The position numbers and the translations under genes were made by a program. A stretch of 62,211 nucleotides of DNA, the filler included, from Choristocarpus tenellus KU-1152 (lineage: Eukaryota > Protista > Phaeophyceae): assembly GCA_964200185.2 (NCBI GenBank). It is 8 parts of 8 records of this genome, joined end to end, with 100 filler letters (N's around TTAATTAATTAA, not from the genome) between each part and the next. Parts side by side here need not be neighbours in the genome. Positions count along the whole stretch, not along the records: positions 35,649 to 56,648 come from CAXNAD020000365.1; 7 more parts are not named here. The stretch is one strand, 5' to 3'. Under the pieces are notes generated by a model. The model ran no database searches. It worked only from the letters and a program-made list of their open reading frames with translations, and was not told where the DNA came from. This document shows, in pieces, positions 36,237-50,400 of the stretch. Each line of letters opens with the position of its first letter. The stretch's first letter is position 1.

Positions 36237-38950
36237 GTGGTTAATTTCAGCCCAGTTTTTTTGTGTGCCAGAAGATTAGGTTGCTACACCGCAACTTCTG
36301 CTAAATTCCATCTACAACTAGGTACAAAGTCAGTTAGTAGACCCCCGTATTGCATGACCTCCAAAATATGCGAAACTATCCGCCAATATGCAAACAAAAC
36401 GGAAAAACAGGGTATTATTGTCAAACCCGCTTCCAGTCCATGGGTTTTCATCTGTTACCATAGTTGCAAAAACTGATAGTTCTCGTCATTTTTCTTGTGT
36501 GGATTTTAGAGGAATCCTCACCAAGAATTTCATATGGAATTCATGACCTTTATCATCCATGGAAGTGTGTTTGTCCACAATGGGGGGCTTGAAATATTTA
36601 TCGCATGTAGATATCCAATAAACCTAATGGCAATTACTGATATTTGAGGAATATGAACAAAAAAAATGCCTTCTTCACGCCAGACCAGAAATATGAGTTT
36701 CAGAGGTTACGGTACAAAAAGGAACTGTGGATCTTCCAACGTTTCATGTCCGAAATATTGTTTACAACTGGTTCTAGTGCTGGGTTATTGGTATAATCAA
36801 GACAATATTTTTTTGATCTCTCAAAATTAACGTAAGGTCACACCTAAGGCTTGATGTAACTCAACACAAATCCATTATTTGGGACAAGATGTCAGCCCAA
36901 AAGAAATAACCACATCACAAGCCCATATTCTAACAGTTTTAGAAATGCACCCCCCTCAAGTAGTGAAAGGCCCGCAATCAATCTTAGGTTCAATAGATTT
37001 TGTGAGGAAGTACATCCCTCATCTGGCAACTGTTACAGGACCGTTGGTCGGACTAATTCACCATGTACAGAACAAACCTAAAAATGTAAAAGAACGATTT
37101 TTATACCTCAGTAAAATCTCCCACAAAAAACTGCTTTTGAAAAATGAAAACGAACACTAACAGTAGCTTCAGCCCTCCACTCTCATGAAGTTTTAGAGGA
37201 ATTTATGATATATGTTGATGACAGTAATTTTGGGACAGGAGCATTTTTGACCCATAAATATGACCATGAAAGCGATATGATTGTGTATCTCGGTGCCTTG
37301 CAGTAATTTTGGCAATCCAATGTTGGAGACGATATGTATGGGGTAAACATTCACAGATATTAGTGACCAATCAGCCTTACAGTGGTTGCATACAGCGCAA
37401 GGCACAATCTATTGACTAGGTGAGCTCTAGTAGTGCAAATTTCTTACCACCATGCATAATCCTGGCAGACTACAATACATTCCAGACATATTGTCACGAC
37501 CTCAACCAGACAACTTCTGTAAGCCAGCTGCTTCAACTCTTTTATGTCGAAATATTGGATCGAAGACCAATATCATTGCAACTTCCCAAACAAGATTTCC
37601 CCTGCCTCCAAATTGTCTGTGGACTGTTTGGGTGAAACCATCAGAGTGGCAAATGATTCGAAGCTCTATGTTGGTGCTGTCAAAGGCTTCCTTGTAGTCG
37701 ATCCAGAGGTACTACCTAGAGCTTGACATGATCAATATGAGCCATATTTTCAGGTGCTTGGCAGACCTTGAGAACGCCAATTACCTGATTAAGAAACGGA
37801 GAAAGCCATGTCTTATTTTATCATGTACAAGAGAAATAGTAAACTTTTACTGTACCGCCTTTACCAACCTGGTGACCGGCAGAAAATTGAGAAATCTGTG
37901 ATCAACTAGTTGCCTCAACCCAAGCCCAGGCTCTCATTCAACATGCCCTACACGAACATAAGTTTGCTGGTCATTTCTAGTTCAAGCACATATTTGACCA
38001 TGTATGAGGCAGATTTTGGTGGCCAACCTGACATTAAGATGTTGGGAATTGGTATGAAACTTGCCAGTCATGTCAGGGACAGAAGACTTCCCATACTCCT
38101 GCTTCAACACCTACAGGGTGTATGCCTACTACACGCCTGTTTCAATGGCTCACCACTGACCCTGTTAAATCTAAGACCACATCAGATGGTGCAATATGTG
38201 CTATTCGCAGTATAGACCATCTTACAAGATTTTGCAACCTTCAATAGCATTGCTAGTAAAGAAGAAAAAACCATGGCCAAAGCTCTGTTTTTTTTCCTTT
38301 CCAGTTTTGGGCCACCTGAAACACTCTACATTGACCAAGCAAAATAATTTGACATTAAATTACTGGCAGAGTTATGGAAAGTGTACAGGCATCACAACAT
38401 CAAGACTACGGTATATCAATCGCAGGGTAATAGCATATGTGAATGAACTAATTCCATTATACATGGTATACTGGCCACATGTTGAAATATGGACAAATTT
38501 GACTGAGCCTCCTTGTTATCCTCTATACAGCTAGCACATGATAAGCCTATAATACCACTGTTCAAGAAACACATTTTTTTTTTCTCATGTTTAGTAGACA
38601 CCGAATTTGATCAATTTATCATCTTTTGGTGGTTCCTAAGGCCACCCCTATAACTGAACAAGGAGGTAATACAAGAACAGTGAAAATTTTACTGCTAGCA
38701 TACTATCTTGACCGACAAAATCATGGTGAACTATCACCATTGAGAAATTAATCAGTCAAGATCATGGTGAACTACCACCATTGAGAAATTAATCGTGTTG
38801 CTATGAACCACAAACTCCCAATCCATAACCTTCACAGCCATATCATCAGCTGATTCACCGAACTCCAAACTACTATCTACATGGAGAGGATCTTACGAAG
38901 TAAAGGCACCCCTATCACCTACTGCATATCGTGTAAAACACTTTGAAGAC
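36237..38950 (+). mobile_element. Old, heavily decayed Ty3/Gypsy pol (RT, RNase H, integrase)
   Basis: SRPPY...QGIIVKPASSPW; LGQDVSPKEI...SILGSIDFVRKYIPHLATVTGPL; HNPGRLQYIPDILSRP; FGPPETL. Dense stops and frameshifts. Confidence 0.8.
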
Positions 38951-40194
38951 TGAAACTCTACAGAGGTGTAGCCACTGAACCTGATATCGACCCCCAAACT
39001 ATACCTTTCTTAGGATGGGTATTACCCTAACCAGGTCTTGATCAGGGATCAAGTTCATAGCCAGCTGTTGGAAGAAAGATCACCCACAATTATATGTACT
39101 GATTTCGCTTCCAAGGATTTTTACCATCCAGTGATATTTGGCACAAGCCAGCTGAAATTCCTGAATGTGCAGAGAAAATTGCAGCCTAACAGGAGAAGAA
39201 TGATATGGAAACTCCTAATAGAAGAGTCACTATTAATGCAAAGGTTCAAAAAAGGAAGACCCCTATACCCCTAAAACAGTCAAAGAAATGGATTTACTGC
39301 AAGTCGGATGTTGACCAAAAAAGTAACTCGGCCTCCTCTAACTATGAAAATCCTCCTTGTAGACCGGACTTGGCGATGAATTGCTTGATACTAGTGGGTT
39401 GCCAGCCTGAAGATTTGCCATCAGAGTCTACAGATAGAGAAGGTGTGTCAAATGTTATTCCAAGACAGTTGAAACGACACCAAAATTCTTGAGACCGCAT
39501 CAGTGTCCAGGTGTTGGAAATATAAACCTCATCTATGTAGATTCACACAAAAGATTGGCCCTATATATCTATATACAGAACAGGTTGGTTCTACCTTTCA
39601 AAAGCAAGCATACAGTTTAAAACATTTCACAATATTTATCACTAGACACGCACACGACATAAATTTTTGAGACATCTTTTTCTCTGGTTTAAAGGCACCT
39701 TGGCAATACGTTAGACCAAGTGACAATCAGAGACGAAGAGTTTTCCAATCGTTTCTTGACACTGTCCCTGCAACAACTTCCAGTGGATGACCTGAAGAAA
39801 CCAAATATGTGGTGATATTGAGTTCCATCCCCTAAAATTCTAGGGGCACGTAGTAGACAGTCATGTCCATGTCATTTTTCTCACTATACTTTCCAACTGT
39901 TACACAAATCTTTCTGCATGAAATGGAGTGGTGGAAACTAGGGCTGATCACCACCAGTGGTCCACCTGTTGCACTGAGTTGTTTAAACAACCAGAAGAAT
40001 TGCTCATTCTTTTCTCCGAAATTCCTATCCGATGTGATGTGCTATTTAGTCAACTTTGTGTTTGTGTGAGATGGAATCCACATTGGGGAGGGGGAAGACA
40101 GGGATGGGTCAAATTTGGGATCTCTGACATACTGTGTGCAGTCATATGCATTACACACACCATCCTTTGTCATTGTGGCTGTGACTCAAATTAT

Positions 40195-40356
40195 ATTGGG
40201 GAGGGGGGTCTACTACAGGGTGTCCATTCGGGCCCTGACCAGGAGAAGTAAACTAACATTATCCATCCAATGCATGCAACCAAATCAACCAAAAATCTCG
40301 ACATGGAAAAATAGGCCCCGAGTGGACAGCCACCATCACCCCCAGATACTCTGAGC
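40195..40356. mobile_element. MITE family B copy (left end decayed)
   Basis: GGGGAGGGGGGTCTACTACAGGGTGTCCATT...CCCCCAGATACTCTGAGC. Confidence 0.8.
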
Positions 40357-41474
40357 GTGTTCAAGGGAACAATTAAAGGCCCAGATATACAAGAACCGGA
40401 TCTGAATGAACAGCAAAGAAGACAGTTCAGACCAAAGAGTCATTCTGTTCGGAGCGATCTTTTTGCAGCTGTGGTTGTCATCACCCAAAGGTCCTTGCCA
40501 TATTGTTCTGGTCTGGAGGATTCCATTCTGTTCTGTATCACTCAACCTGAGATGCCAGGGGTTTTTGTCTGAGCCCCCTTGCATATTTTTCTCTTTTTAC
40601 TGTAGTGACATCTCAAGCGAACATCAAATGATGTAGAGACCAGACCGGGCTCTCTATGAACAGCAACGAAGACAGATCAGATCGAAGATTCGTTGTATTC
40701 TGACTGACCATTACAGCAGTTGCTGAACTCATCTCCAGATTCCTCTGGGATCTTGTTCTCATGCCCTGAGTTGTCTGAGCAAACAGCAAGTTTCTCTCCC
40801 AAAGGGCCTTGCTTCTGAGTGACATGAATTGGTAATCAACCATGTTTGAATTTGTGTCGGATTGAACCCACACTGCAGGGGAGGTGATGTTAGAGACAGG
40901 TTCCATTCAGGATTTCCTCAACCTTCATGTGACAGACTGTGTGCAGACATATGTGTTGTATGTACAGACTTCTGCCATTGTGGCAAGTCAAGGCAATGTT
41001 GTGTGGGTCAAACACACGACTGGGTCGCAGTGATCCCAACAGGGATGGTGGATTCAAACCAGCAAAGTTGGGGATTGTATTCTGATCTAAACAGTTGCTG
41101 CCAATCACAGTGGGGATTTAGGAACATGTTGCTCTCAGAGTATAAGCCCTTGCTCACCATGTCTTCGCCCCATCTCTCACTTCTTTCCTGAACCTCATCT
41201 TTAGTGACTCTCATCATCCCCCATCACACAGAACTTGACCACTTGACGTTTCTACTTATTCTTTAGTTTACTGCCAGGGTTTTCCTCTATTTCTAGGACA
41301 TACATATGTATCATGCACTTAAGCAAAGAATGCTTCAATGTAATCTGATAGATTACGAAGGGTTTATTAGTAAGGACCCACACCTAATTCTGAGGCAGGT
41401 ACATACTCCAAGTGGACAACAATACATCACTCACAACTGAAATGTGACTTAGAATTTACATCGTAAAGGCTCAC

Positions 41475-44400
41475 CGGTGCAGTTGCTGTTTTGGCATTAA
41501 CTCATTTTCCTTTGTCAATCCTCTCCCTATCCCTAGCTCCACCAATGCCTCCTTGACCATGGATGAACAATCTTCACCCACCTCTGCAGCCTCCAATGAC
41601 CCTGCCACAATAGATCATGCAGGAAATAGGGTATTGCACAAAATAAATAATGCAAAACAGTACGATGGTGATTCCAATGGAGAGATCACATGTAACAGAC
41701 TTTCCGAGCTTGGGGAAATGGTACAAAATCAATATTATCACCTATCAATAAATTACTAACGTTGCATTAAAAACCAAATAGGGTGCACTTACCCTGCAGT
41801 CTACTACTCCTCAAGCTTGTCATTACTATTTGGATATTCTTGGCACCAATCCTTATGCTTGTCAGAAGTTCTTGCAAAAGTTTGGCTAGCTCGGGTTTTA
41901 GGCATATTTGCCCGCAATTGCTTCAAAATTGCGTGAAATTGGTATTGCTACCACAAAAAAAACATTGGCTGGAAGATGACATGTTGACCCCCTGTGGAAC
42001 CACCGATAGAATAAGAAGAACACACAAAAGCATCAGCAGTCACTCCTTTTCTCATCCCAATCACATCATCCTACCCTGGCTGTTGAAGGCCATGTTCACA
42101 AGTGGACCTGGGTGTCATAACCCACGCATAGTCACACACATACACAAAACAAAACATGCCAGAGTACAAACAACTGTAGTAGATCACACAGTGTGAGCAG
42201 AGTACCAGCTCAATTCTAATGGGAAAGATAACAAGAAACCACTTTAGCCCTGGTCGATTTTCTTCACAGTGTCAGCATTAAACCCTGCCACTAAAGGTAA
42301 TCCTTGTCCTAGAATTCCTTGAAGCGACTTACTTTCTCCCTGTTTCTCAGCTACATCATAGTGCACATCATATCAAATCAAAGGCACTCCTTGCCCACCG
42401 CTCGCATTGAATGGAATAGACAACCCCACTGAAAGGAATAACGTAGTGGAATAAATCAATGTTACACCACAGAGACAAAAACAGGTATTTCTCTTCTTTC
42501 ATTAATAAGAACTGAGGGGGACTTCTAGGAGACTTGGTACAAAATAAACATACACAAAAAGCAAGAGAAGATTGAACCTACTTGTGATAGTGTATATTGG
42601 GCCAGTTGGATGAATTGATCCTGCAACATCGACTACCACCCCACCTGAGCTATGGTTCTTGACATACAATAAATTACAGTTACTAATACAGACTCAACCT
42701 TGAAGTACACAGCACTGGACCTAGTGGTCGGAGCATGGTCAAGGTGACAGACTTAAAGTGAGGCGATGGTACAAGATGCTGGGGATTAGGATTAGGGTTA
42801 GGGTCTACCTTGGAGTAGGGCAGTGCAGGCAGAGGAAATAACCTTGTCAGCCCTGGCAAGGGATATGTGTGTGGGGGCAAGGACCAACGCTGCCTGTCTG
42901 CGGAAGGATAACACTTCAACAAGTACGCCTGCCCAGCGAACCTGTGAGACAAGAAAAGGAAACAACATAGCGCACACTGAACATGAGAAGAATGAAGATG
43001 TTTAACAAAAATAGGGATGCACGACGCTTACAAACTCTGAAACTTTGGAAACAACTGCTCAGTGCTGCTGTGGAAACACAAAACAAAACAAACCCAATAC
43101 TAACTCAAGAACACACAATACCTGTTCCTCCCAAAGTATCAAAACCATGCACCACCTCAAAATGCCCTTGAACACTTTTTTGCAGATATAATACGCAACA
43201 CTTGGGATTGGGGATGTACAAGAGGGTGCAGGGTGAGTGTGGCCTGGTAGCTCAATGTATTACGAATAACACATGACACCTCATTCTCCAAAGCCAAGCT
43301 GATCACACTCTCCACTGCCTCCAGCCTCTCCTCTAGGATTTCCACTGCTTCAGCTCCTGAGGGGAGACATACATAGATGGATATGTATATTGTTGATTTA
43401 TGTAAGGAGTGACATATTGACACTTTCAAATGTATGTTATGTAAATGTAGGGACAAAAACCTGGAAGCCGTGAGGGATGTTTACAAGAAGCAAGGAACAG
43501 CTGTTACACAAAACAAGAATAGAAAAAGGGCATGGTATCTCCATGAATAAAATCTACAACAATAATCCTCTCCCTGTATTCCAGGTTGAGCCTACCCTTC
43601 CTGACAATGTTATGATTATTGGTGGTACTACTACCACCTAAGAACTCCTCATTACTTCCAAACAATGATCGGTTTACAAGAGAAGGGAATGGAAAAATAA
43701 ATGAGAACCCAGTATCGATTGCCACATCACAATAGACAGTCTTTAGTAGGCAGAAGTCCCACACATTCCCTCCCCCCAAATACTAACCCAAAATATGGAG
43801 TACTCGATAGTTAAGAGTCCCACTATATGTTTCTAAATACTACTCCAGAGTATTTCAAAACAGGCATGTCTTCTAGCTCCGATTATATATTTTGAAAGCA
43901 ATGGAGTTCAAAATTAACAAAAGAAACAAAATGGAAACCAGTGCGGTACTACTATTGGAGACAACAGAAAGATACGACATGGAAAGAGTTATCATTCATA
44001 TTTCACCTGCTGCTGCCAGGTCATCGTCTTCACCCTCTTCTCCCTCCATCCTTTCACCTCTCTCATCTCTAGTATCTCCACGTTCCCCTTCAACCTCCCT
44101 CCCCCCAGCAGCTCTCCTCATTGTCACAATTGCCTGTTCTCCTTCTCCCTCCTCCACTACCCTTAACCCTGTACCCAAGGAAGTGGAGCTGTCACCAACA
44201 TCAACAACAGCGCCTTCCTCTAAGTTGATATCGGTGAACTTGAACGCAGAAAGGAGTTGAGCATCTTGCCCTTGACTATTGAAGCAGAGAGGGCACTGAC
44301 AGCGGAAGCCAAACTGATTGCTGAGCCGTTGGAGACGGTTCGAGCGGGAGAGCTCACGGGGCTCTAGATAGCAGATCCTGGAAAGAAAAAATGAGTGTGT

Positions 44401-47400
44401 GTGTGTGTGTGTGATACCATTAAATATTCCTGTCCCTGTAGATTAATTCTTCATTACTTTGTTGCTTACAGAAATGATATTGCTCAGGTCAGAATCCTTA
44501 CAATCAACTAGTTCAAGCCGTTATGTTGTGTGCTCATATTTTGCCCAGCATTGTTGTACAACTGCGTCTAAGTATAATTCACTTTGTTTCTTTCCTTCTT
44601 GGCAATATATATATATATTGCATAGTGTTGTGTCAAGAAAAATAATTTATGAGCATTTTATTGATCTTGATAGAATCGAAATGTGCGAAGAGTCACAATG
44701 TGGCTGTGTGGAATCACTGAGAGTCACCAGAAAGTCTAAAGCAAATGATGTATTATGTACACACAACATAAATAAAATGATTATTCTTAGATTTAACAAA
44801 TTTATACATTTCACAACTCTACAATTGGGGATTTCAGTGACTGATCAGTTAGACTTAATAAAAAAGTAGTTTGGAAATATGTATTTTTATGGTGTCTCTA
44901 TTAAATAGAGTGGGGGTCGACCGGGACAGGTTCTGGGATCTCCTTTCCATTGTTCAGACCTTCCATGCACAAACACATTTGTTGCATGTACTGAACGTTT
45001 GCAGTGATGGGATGCGTGTCAGATGCACAACCAGAACACGACGACGCAGGCATGATGTGTGCAGTCAACAGCCAGGACTCGAGGAATGCACTGCACTCAG
45101 TATCTCTCAACACCCCTTGTTCACTCCACCTTGAGTCACCTTGCTAGTGGTTGCCATGGTCCCCCATTCAGACAGAGCACGGCCCTTCACAGTGTTACCC
45201 ATGACGGCCTGTTTTTAGGGTGCACCAACCAAAGTTGTAGGGAGAGGCTGCCAACATTACCGAGGCGGAAACTTCAGGTCTCCCACATGATAAAAACAAA
45301 TGGATAAAGATTTATGACCCACTGATGTTTGGGAAAATTTAGAGTATTGATTCTATAAATCATACACCTCCATCAGATTTGAATTGCATACGGGTAGGCA
45401 CCTTGGTTGCTCAATCGATTCAGGAAGGTTGATAGAAAGAGAAGGAAAATTCTCCCTACGACCTGAAATATACCCAACCTGAGATCCACAACCAAGAAAA
45501 AATCAAAGATGACAAGCATGGGGAAAAACGTCTCGACAACAACATTTCTGGTACAGAAGTGACTGAGTTGCCATGGAACACACAACAATGATAAGGATAT
45601 GTAAGGATTGAAAAACTTGACTTAAGCAACAACCGGAAAATGTGACAACTGTTGCATTTGCCACCAAACACTCCTCCACCCTCTCATAGGCAAGTGAGGA
45701 TAAGTTTCAAGAAACGATATGTTACCGTTGGCACACATCTGGCAGACCTATTTCCATGATTTCATTTGCCTCCAACTACAGCTTAGTATTTGTGAAAGAA
45801 TGCAATCTATGGTGCACAGTGTGTTAAGTCGTTTACCCAAATGTTTTCCAAACCAACTGGGATTTGTTACTATCCCTTGTATCACTTCCACATTACAGTG
45901 CATATAATAATACTATTCAAGAGATGTCTTTTCTCCTCATGTTTGGTCAATCTCATGGTTCAATTGATTATATTTTGGGTATCCCAGAGCCATACTTTAG
46001 AAGTGTACAGTGCACAAATAGAGGGAAATTGTAACCTGTGCTTGGCACAAAATAGGTGAAATAACAAGAAATGGAGTCACCTCCCTCGCCAAAGCACTTT
46101 CACCAAAGTCAGAGGATTATGTGTGACTCAACAGACCACACACACACACTTGCTGATGCTCTGAACAGTAACCTCCTCTCGTTAGAGATGGCCATACAAA
46201 GCAAAGGCACAATTCCCAAGGTCGACTATTGCACAAAGAGCTTGCAGAGCACCAGAAAAAAACTTTCATGTGGCACCAGTAAAACCCCAATGAGTTGAAG
46301 TAGTCAATGAACAAGGATTGATCTTCATGCCCCAACCCACTTTTTCCCCCAAGACAAGCGTGAAAAAGAAGGGTCTGTGCACATGATTGCTTGTGGTCGG
46401 TCTCACAAATAACAGTACGAATAAAAAATTGTAGAGGGTTAGGGCAAAGGCAGGGAGCAATATTTGGTCATAAAGATGGCATTATCGTTCATGCTAATAA
46501 TTCGGTTATGACCAAAGAGAGTGTTCCCTCCTCAATATACACTCGTGCAATCATCTAAACCACTATGGAGCTCCTTTGTATCCACTAAAACCCTGAACAA
46601 TCACATGCCAGAAACTTCACTGTCACTGTACCATTAGTGAATGTACTTGCTAGTGTACAGCTAAAGTACCATACTGTACCATCAGTAAGCACTACTGGTG
46701 TTTAGTCAATGTAATGGCAGTAAACTGTTGGGGTACTGTTAGTGTACCACTAATAATAGCGTACTCTCAGTATTCCATTTCTATGCAGTAAATATACTGT
46801 TTGTGTAGCATTGGGATGTTGTTGAGATGTTATGGTACTACTAGGGTACAGATAGTGTACTGCCAGAGTGCTTTTAGAGATTGGTCCTTGACCTATTAGT
46901 AGTGAGTGTTGAGATACTGTTGTAATCTTAGTCTACCTCACAACATTTTAGTACGCTGCTAGTGTATGGATAAGGTTACTCTTTGTGTTCCCACATTGTT
47001 TCGTTAGTGAAATGTGGGTCTATTGACATTGTGCAGTTACGTGTACTGTGAACTGTACGGTGGGAGTATTCTTGCTGTACTGTTAAGGTACTCCTGGGGA
47101 ATTGCATACAGCTAGTTTACAACTAATTCCTACGTACACCCTCTGTTTGGAATTAGAAGTAACAAAATTTTGCAGCCCCGATGAAGAAGCAAGATTTTTC
47201 TCACATGCTCATATTTTACGGATTTATTGTGCAGACCCCAACAGGTTACCCACCAAAATAGGGCAGTCTACACCTATCTATGATTCCACCCTCAAAGCCC
47301 TCCAAAACTCCATTCCGCCATGGTATTTGCTGCATACACTGGGGCATTTGGGGGGAGTTTGCCCACCTTCTCAACCCTTTCCTTGTTAAGATTGGGTATT

Positions 47401-50400
47401 TTGAAGACGCTGTCACCCTTGGACACAAGAACTTCACTGTAGACGGCAAAGAGGCTCTGCCAGACACGCTCAAATTTCTCCCGGGGGTACATATTGAACG
47501 CCTCCATTTTGGCCTCCACCAGCTCCTCTGTGTTGCTCACCCCAACTTCTTCCTTCAGTTGATGGATCGAATGGAAGAATCCCAGGACATTGATGTTGAG
47601 GTCGGGCGAGTTGACTGGCTGGGTCTCTATGACAATATCATCCCTTGCCACTTCCTTGATTGCGTCCATGATTCCCCCCTTTATGTGCAACTTTGCATCG
47701 TCATGCTGCACAACCTAGCCTAGGCATGCGGGCCTTGATTGCCAGGATGACATCCTCGACCATGAGCTTCTTATACCTCCCCCTGTCCACCATGGCTGGC
47801 ACAACCACCTTGGTGCCCTTGGGGCAGTGTTTGCTGAAGTGCTGAGCAACCTTGGTATCCATGATTGGCCTGATCCCGATTTTCCCATCGAACCACACCC
47901 CATTCTAGGGCAGGCCACAGCTGCAAGGAACATTGACTTTGTAATGTAACTCTTGTTCTATGCCAGTGGGGGTTTGGGGGGGTCCTTGGTGGGGTGCAGG
48001 TACACACACCTTGCACATCTTCGAGGATGTAACTCCACTTCTTGTCCACATGCACCCATAATATAGATCGTCTACTAATACTCCACTTGTCCCCTTCCTG
48101 TGTGTGTGGCTGATGATGAAACCCACCTTGTTGACTTTGGGTTAGGGTTTCTGCTGGTCTGAGAGGACCAGCTTGATGTACCGCTTGACCTTCTGCACCT
48201 TGCACTTGCACAGATCCCACAATGAGGCAAGGGAGACCCCAGCTTTGGCTGCCCAGTTGCAGTCCTGGGCATCCCAGTAAACACCCACTTTCACAGTTTC
48301 GCGATTTTTTTGAAACCTGTCAAATGCGACTTGGCCAACTTTGTACTGACGAGATCCTCCACAGCCATGACAGCCCACCATCTCAAACTTTACACTCCTC
48401 ACAATCTATACGAGAACTGAGCATCGTCCAGGGGGGTTATCATGTGGGTCGTTCCCAGGCAAAAATAGAGCTTGCGAAATGAATGTTACATTAAATTCTG
48501 AACGGAGGAAGTGGTGTGCTGCTAAGGCATCAATAGCTCCTTGCCGATCATTAGTGCAGCGTTGGGTTATCTTTAGTTTCCTTTCAGTACTCTGTTAGGG
48601 CAACAGTCGTTTACATTATCTAAGCATCTGATACAGGTTTGTAGTGCATATGTAGCATACTGACCTTACGCTTTTAGTAAAGTGGTTGTGAAAGTCTTGG
48701 TGGTATACAGTGTTGTGTTCTGCTAGCGTATCTTCAATGTCCTGGTGAGGCACTTCTGGGGTAATGTTAATATACGGATAGAGTGCTTCAAATTACATAA
48801 CCATTTGTGTACTATTGATATATTTAGAGGTGTTGACTGTACACACAGTCCAAAGCCAACTGGTGAATATCACTCTACATTAACCCTAGCCCCAACCTCC
48901 AATGTGCACATTCAGAAAGTACATAGACAAATGATGTGCAACTTCTACTTCCTATGACTAGGAAATGTTCTACATCTGCATTGAGGAAATATTTCCAGAT
49001 TAGATGAAAGGGGGGAAGAAATTCCTCAGTAATAGTATTATCAGAAATGAGATTGTGGGTGCTCCAAACAGAGGTGAATACATGCCTTGTGTTGATCAAA
49101 TGGTGTACGTAGTATTTGCAGATGCAACCGTTGCTCAATAGGGATTTAGCATAGGTCATCCTGTATGTAGTATTTCATCAGTATGGAACGAACTATTGAT
49201 GGGAACAGGGTGTTCTAAGTGCAACAATTCAACACAAATCCAATGATTTCTGATTTACAAATATCAATAACCATATCCTTTTTATCACGCCACTACTAGA
49301 GGGCACAAAACATCAATTAATCAACAATTTAATGTTGTATGACATAACAAATCTGATATGTTCGAAACTTAACTATGGTACTAGCATTTAACACAACATA
49401 CTTCCATTGTTCCATAAGTCTGGGCTGTCAAGGACTCTTTTGAATAACTTTTTCGAATGTGAGATTCAGAAATAACAAATAATATCGTTCGAAAGCCAAC
49501 AACTTCAGCTTGCACATAAATATCTCCAAGATATTTTTTCATTTTGAAATAGTTGAGAACCTGCCCTCTGAACACAAAAGTTTTTTTGTTTTCGGAAATG
49601 GCAGATTTAGCAAAAACAGCAAAACTGGCCATAAATGTCTGGAAATGATGGTTAATCGGCCATCAAGTCTCAATGAGGCTTCCCATGAAGACCCGGTCAG
49701 TGACGTTGGATTCCTTGGCGTTTTTGCATTAAATGAATTAATCGTCATTCTCATTCTCTCCTTCAATCCACCAAATTGTGGCTGCATTGTACGCATCTCT
49801 GTCAATGGGGATAAAGTGATCCAGAACGCAACTAACCGTGACTTCATCGGAGGTCTAGCTGAGACGTTACCACTGATTAACCATCCTTTCCAGCCATTTT
49901 TGACTGGTTTTGCTAAATCTGCCATTTCCGAAAAAAAAATGTTTGTGTTCAGAGGGCGGTTTCTCAACTACTTCAAATGAAAAAATATTTTGAAGATATT
50001 TATGTGCAAGCTGAAGTTGTTGGCTTTCGAACGATATTATTTGTTATTTCTGAATCTCACATTCGAAACAGCTTTTCACAAAAAAAATGTAACGATACAG
50101 ACTTATGGGACAGAGGGAGTATGTGAATGGAATGGATACAGAATATACTTCAGAGGGGCAAAATTAATCGAAAGTAAGATTCAGCCACATTAAAGTTTGA
50201 TGATCTAGAGCAGACACAAAAGGAATTTCTATGTTGAGTAATGAATCATCCTGCTGATCTTCTCTTCCCACTGTGCTCTGATCTTAACCCCAACCCAAAC
50301 CCACGTTATTTCCTCTCCTGCCCGAATGAGTTGTGTAGCCCTGAGCTCACTGAGATCCCCTCTTCCATCTACAACGGGCATACTGTCACCTTCGTTGTTT

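Noticed and set aside
46694-46709. 16-nt match (ACTGGTGTTTAGTCAA) to the H2B stem-loop
   Set aside because: It lacks the 3' arm, lies in low-complexity sequence and has no histone gene nearby; likely chance.
49510-49980. Overlapping 156-aa and 142-aa ORFs on opposite strands
   Set aside because: By-products of the inverted-repeat MITE, with no recognisable motif.
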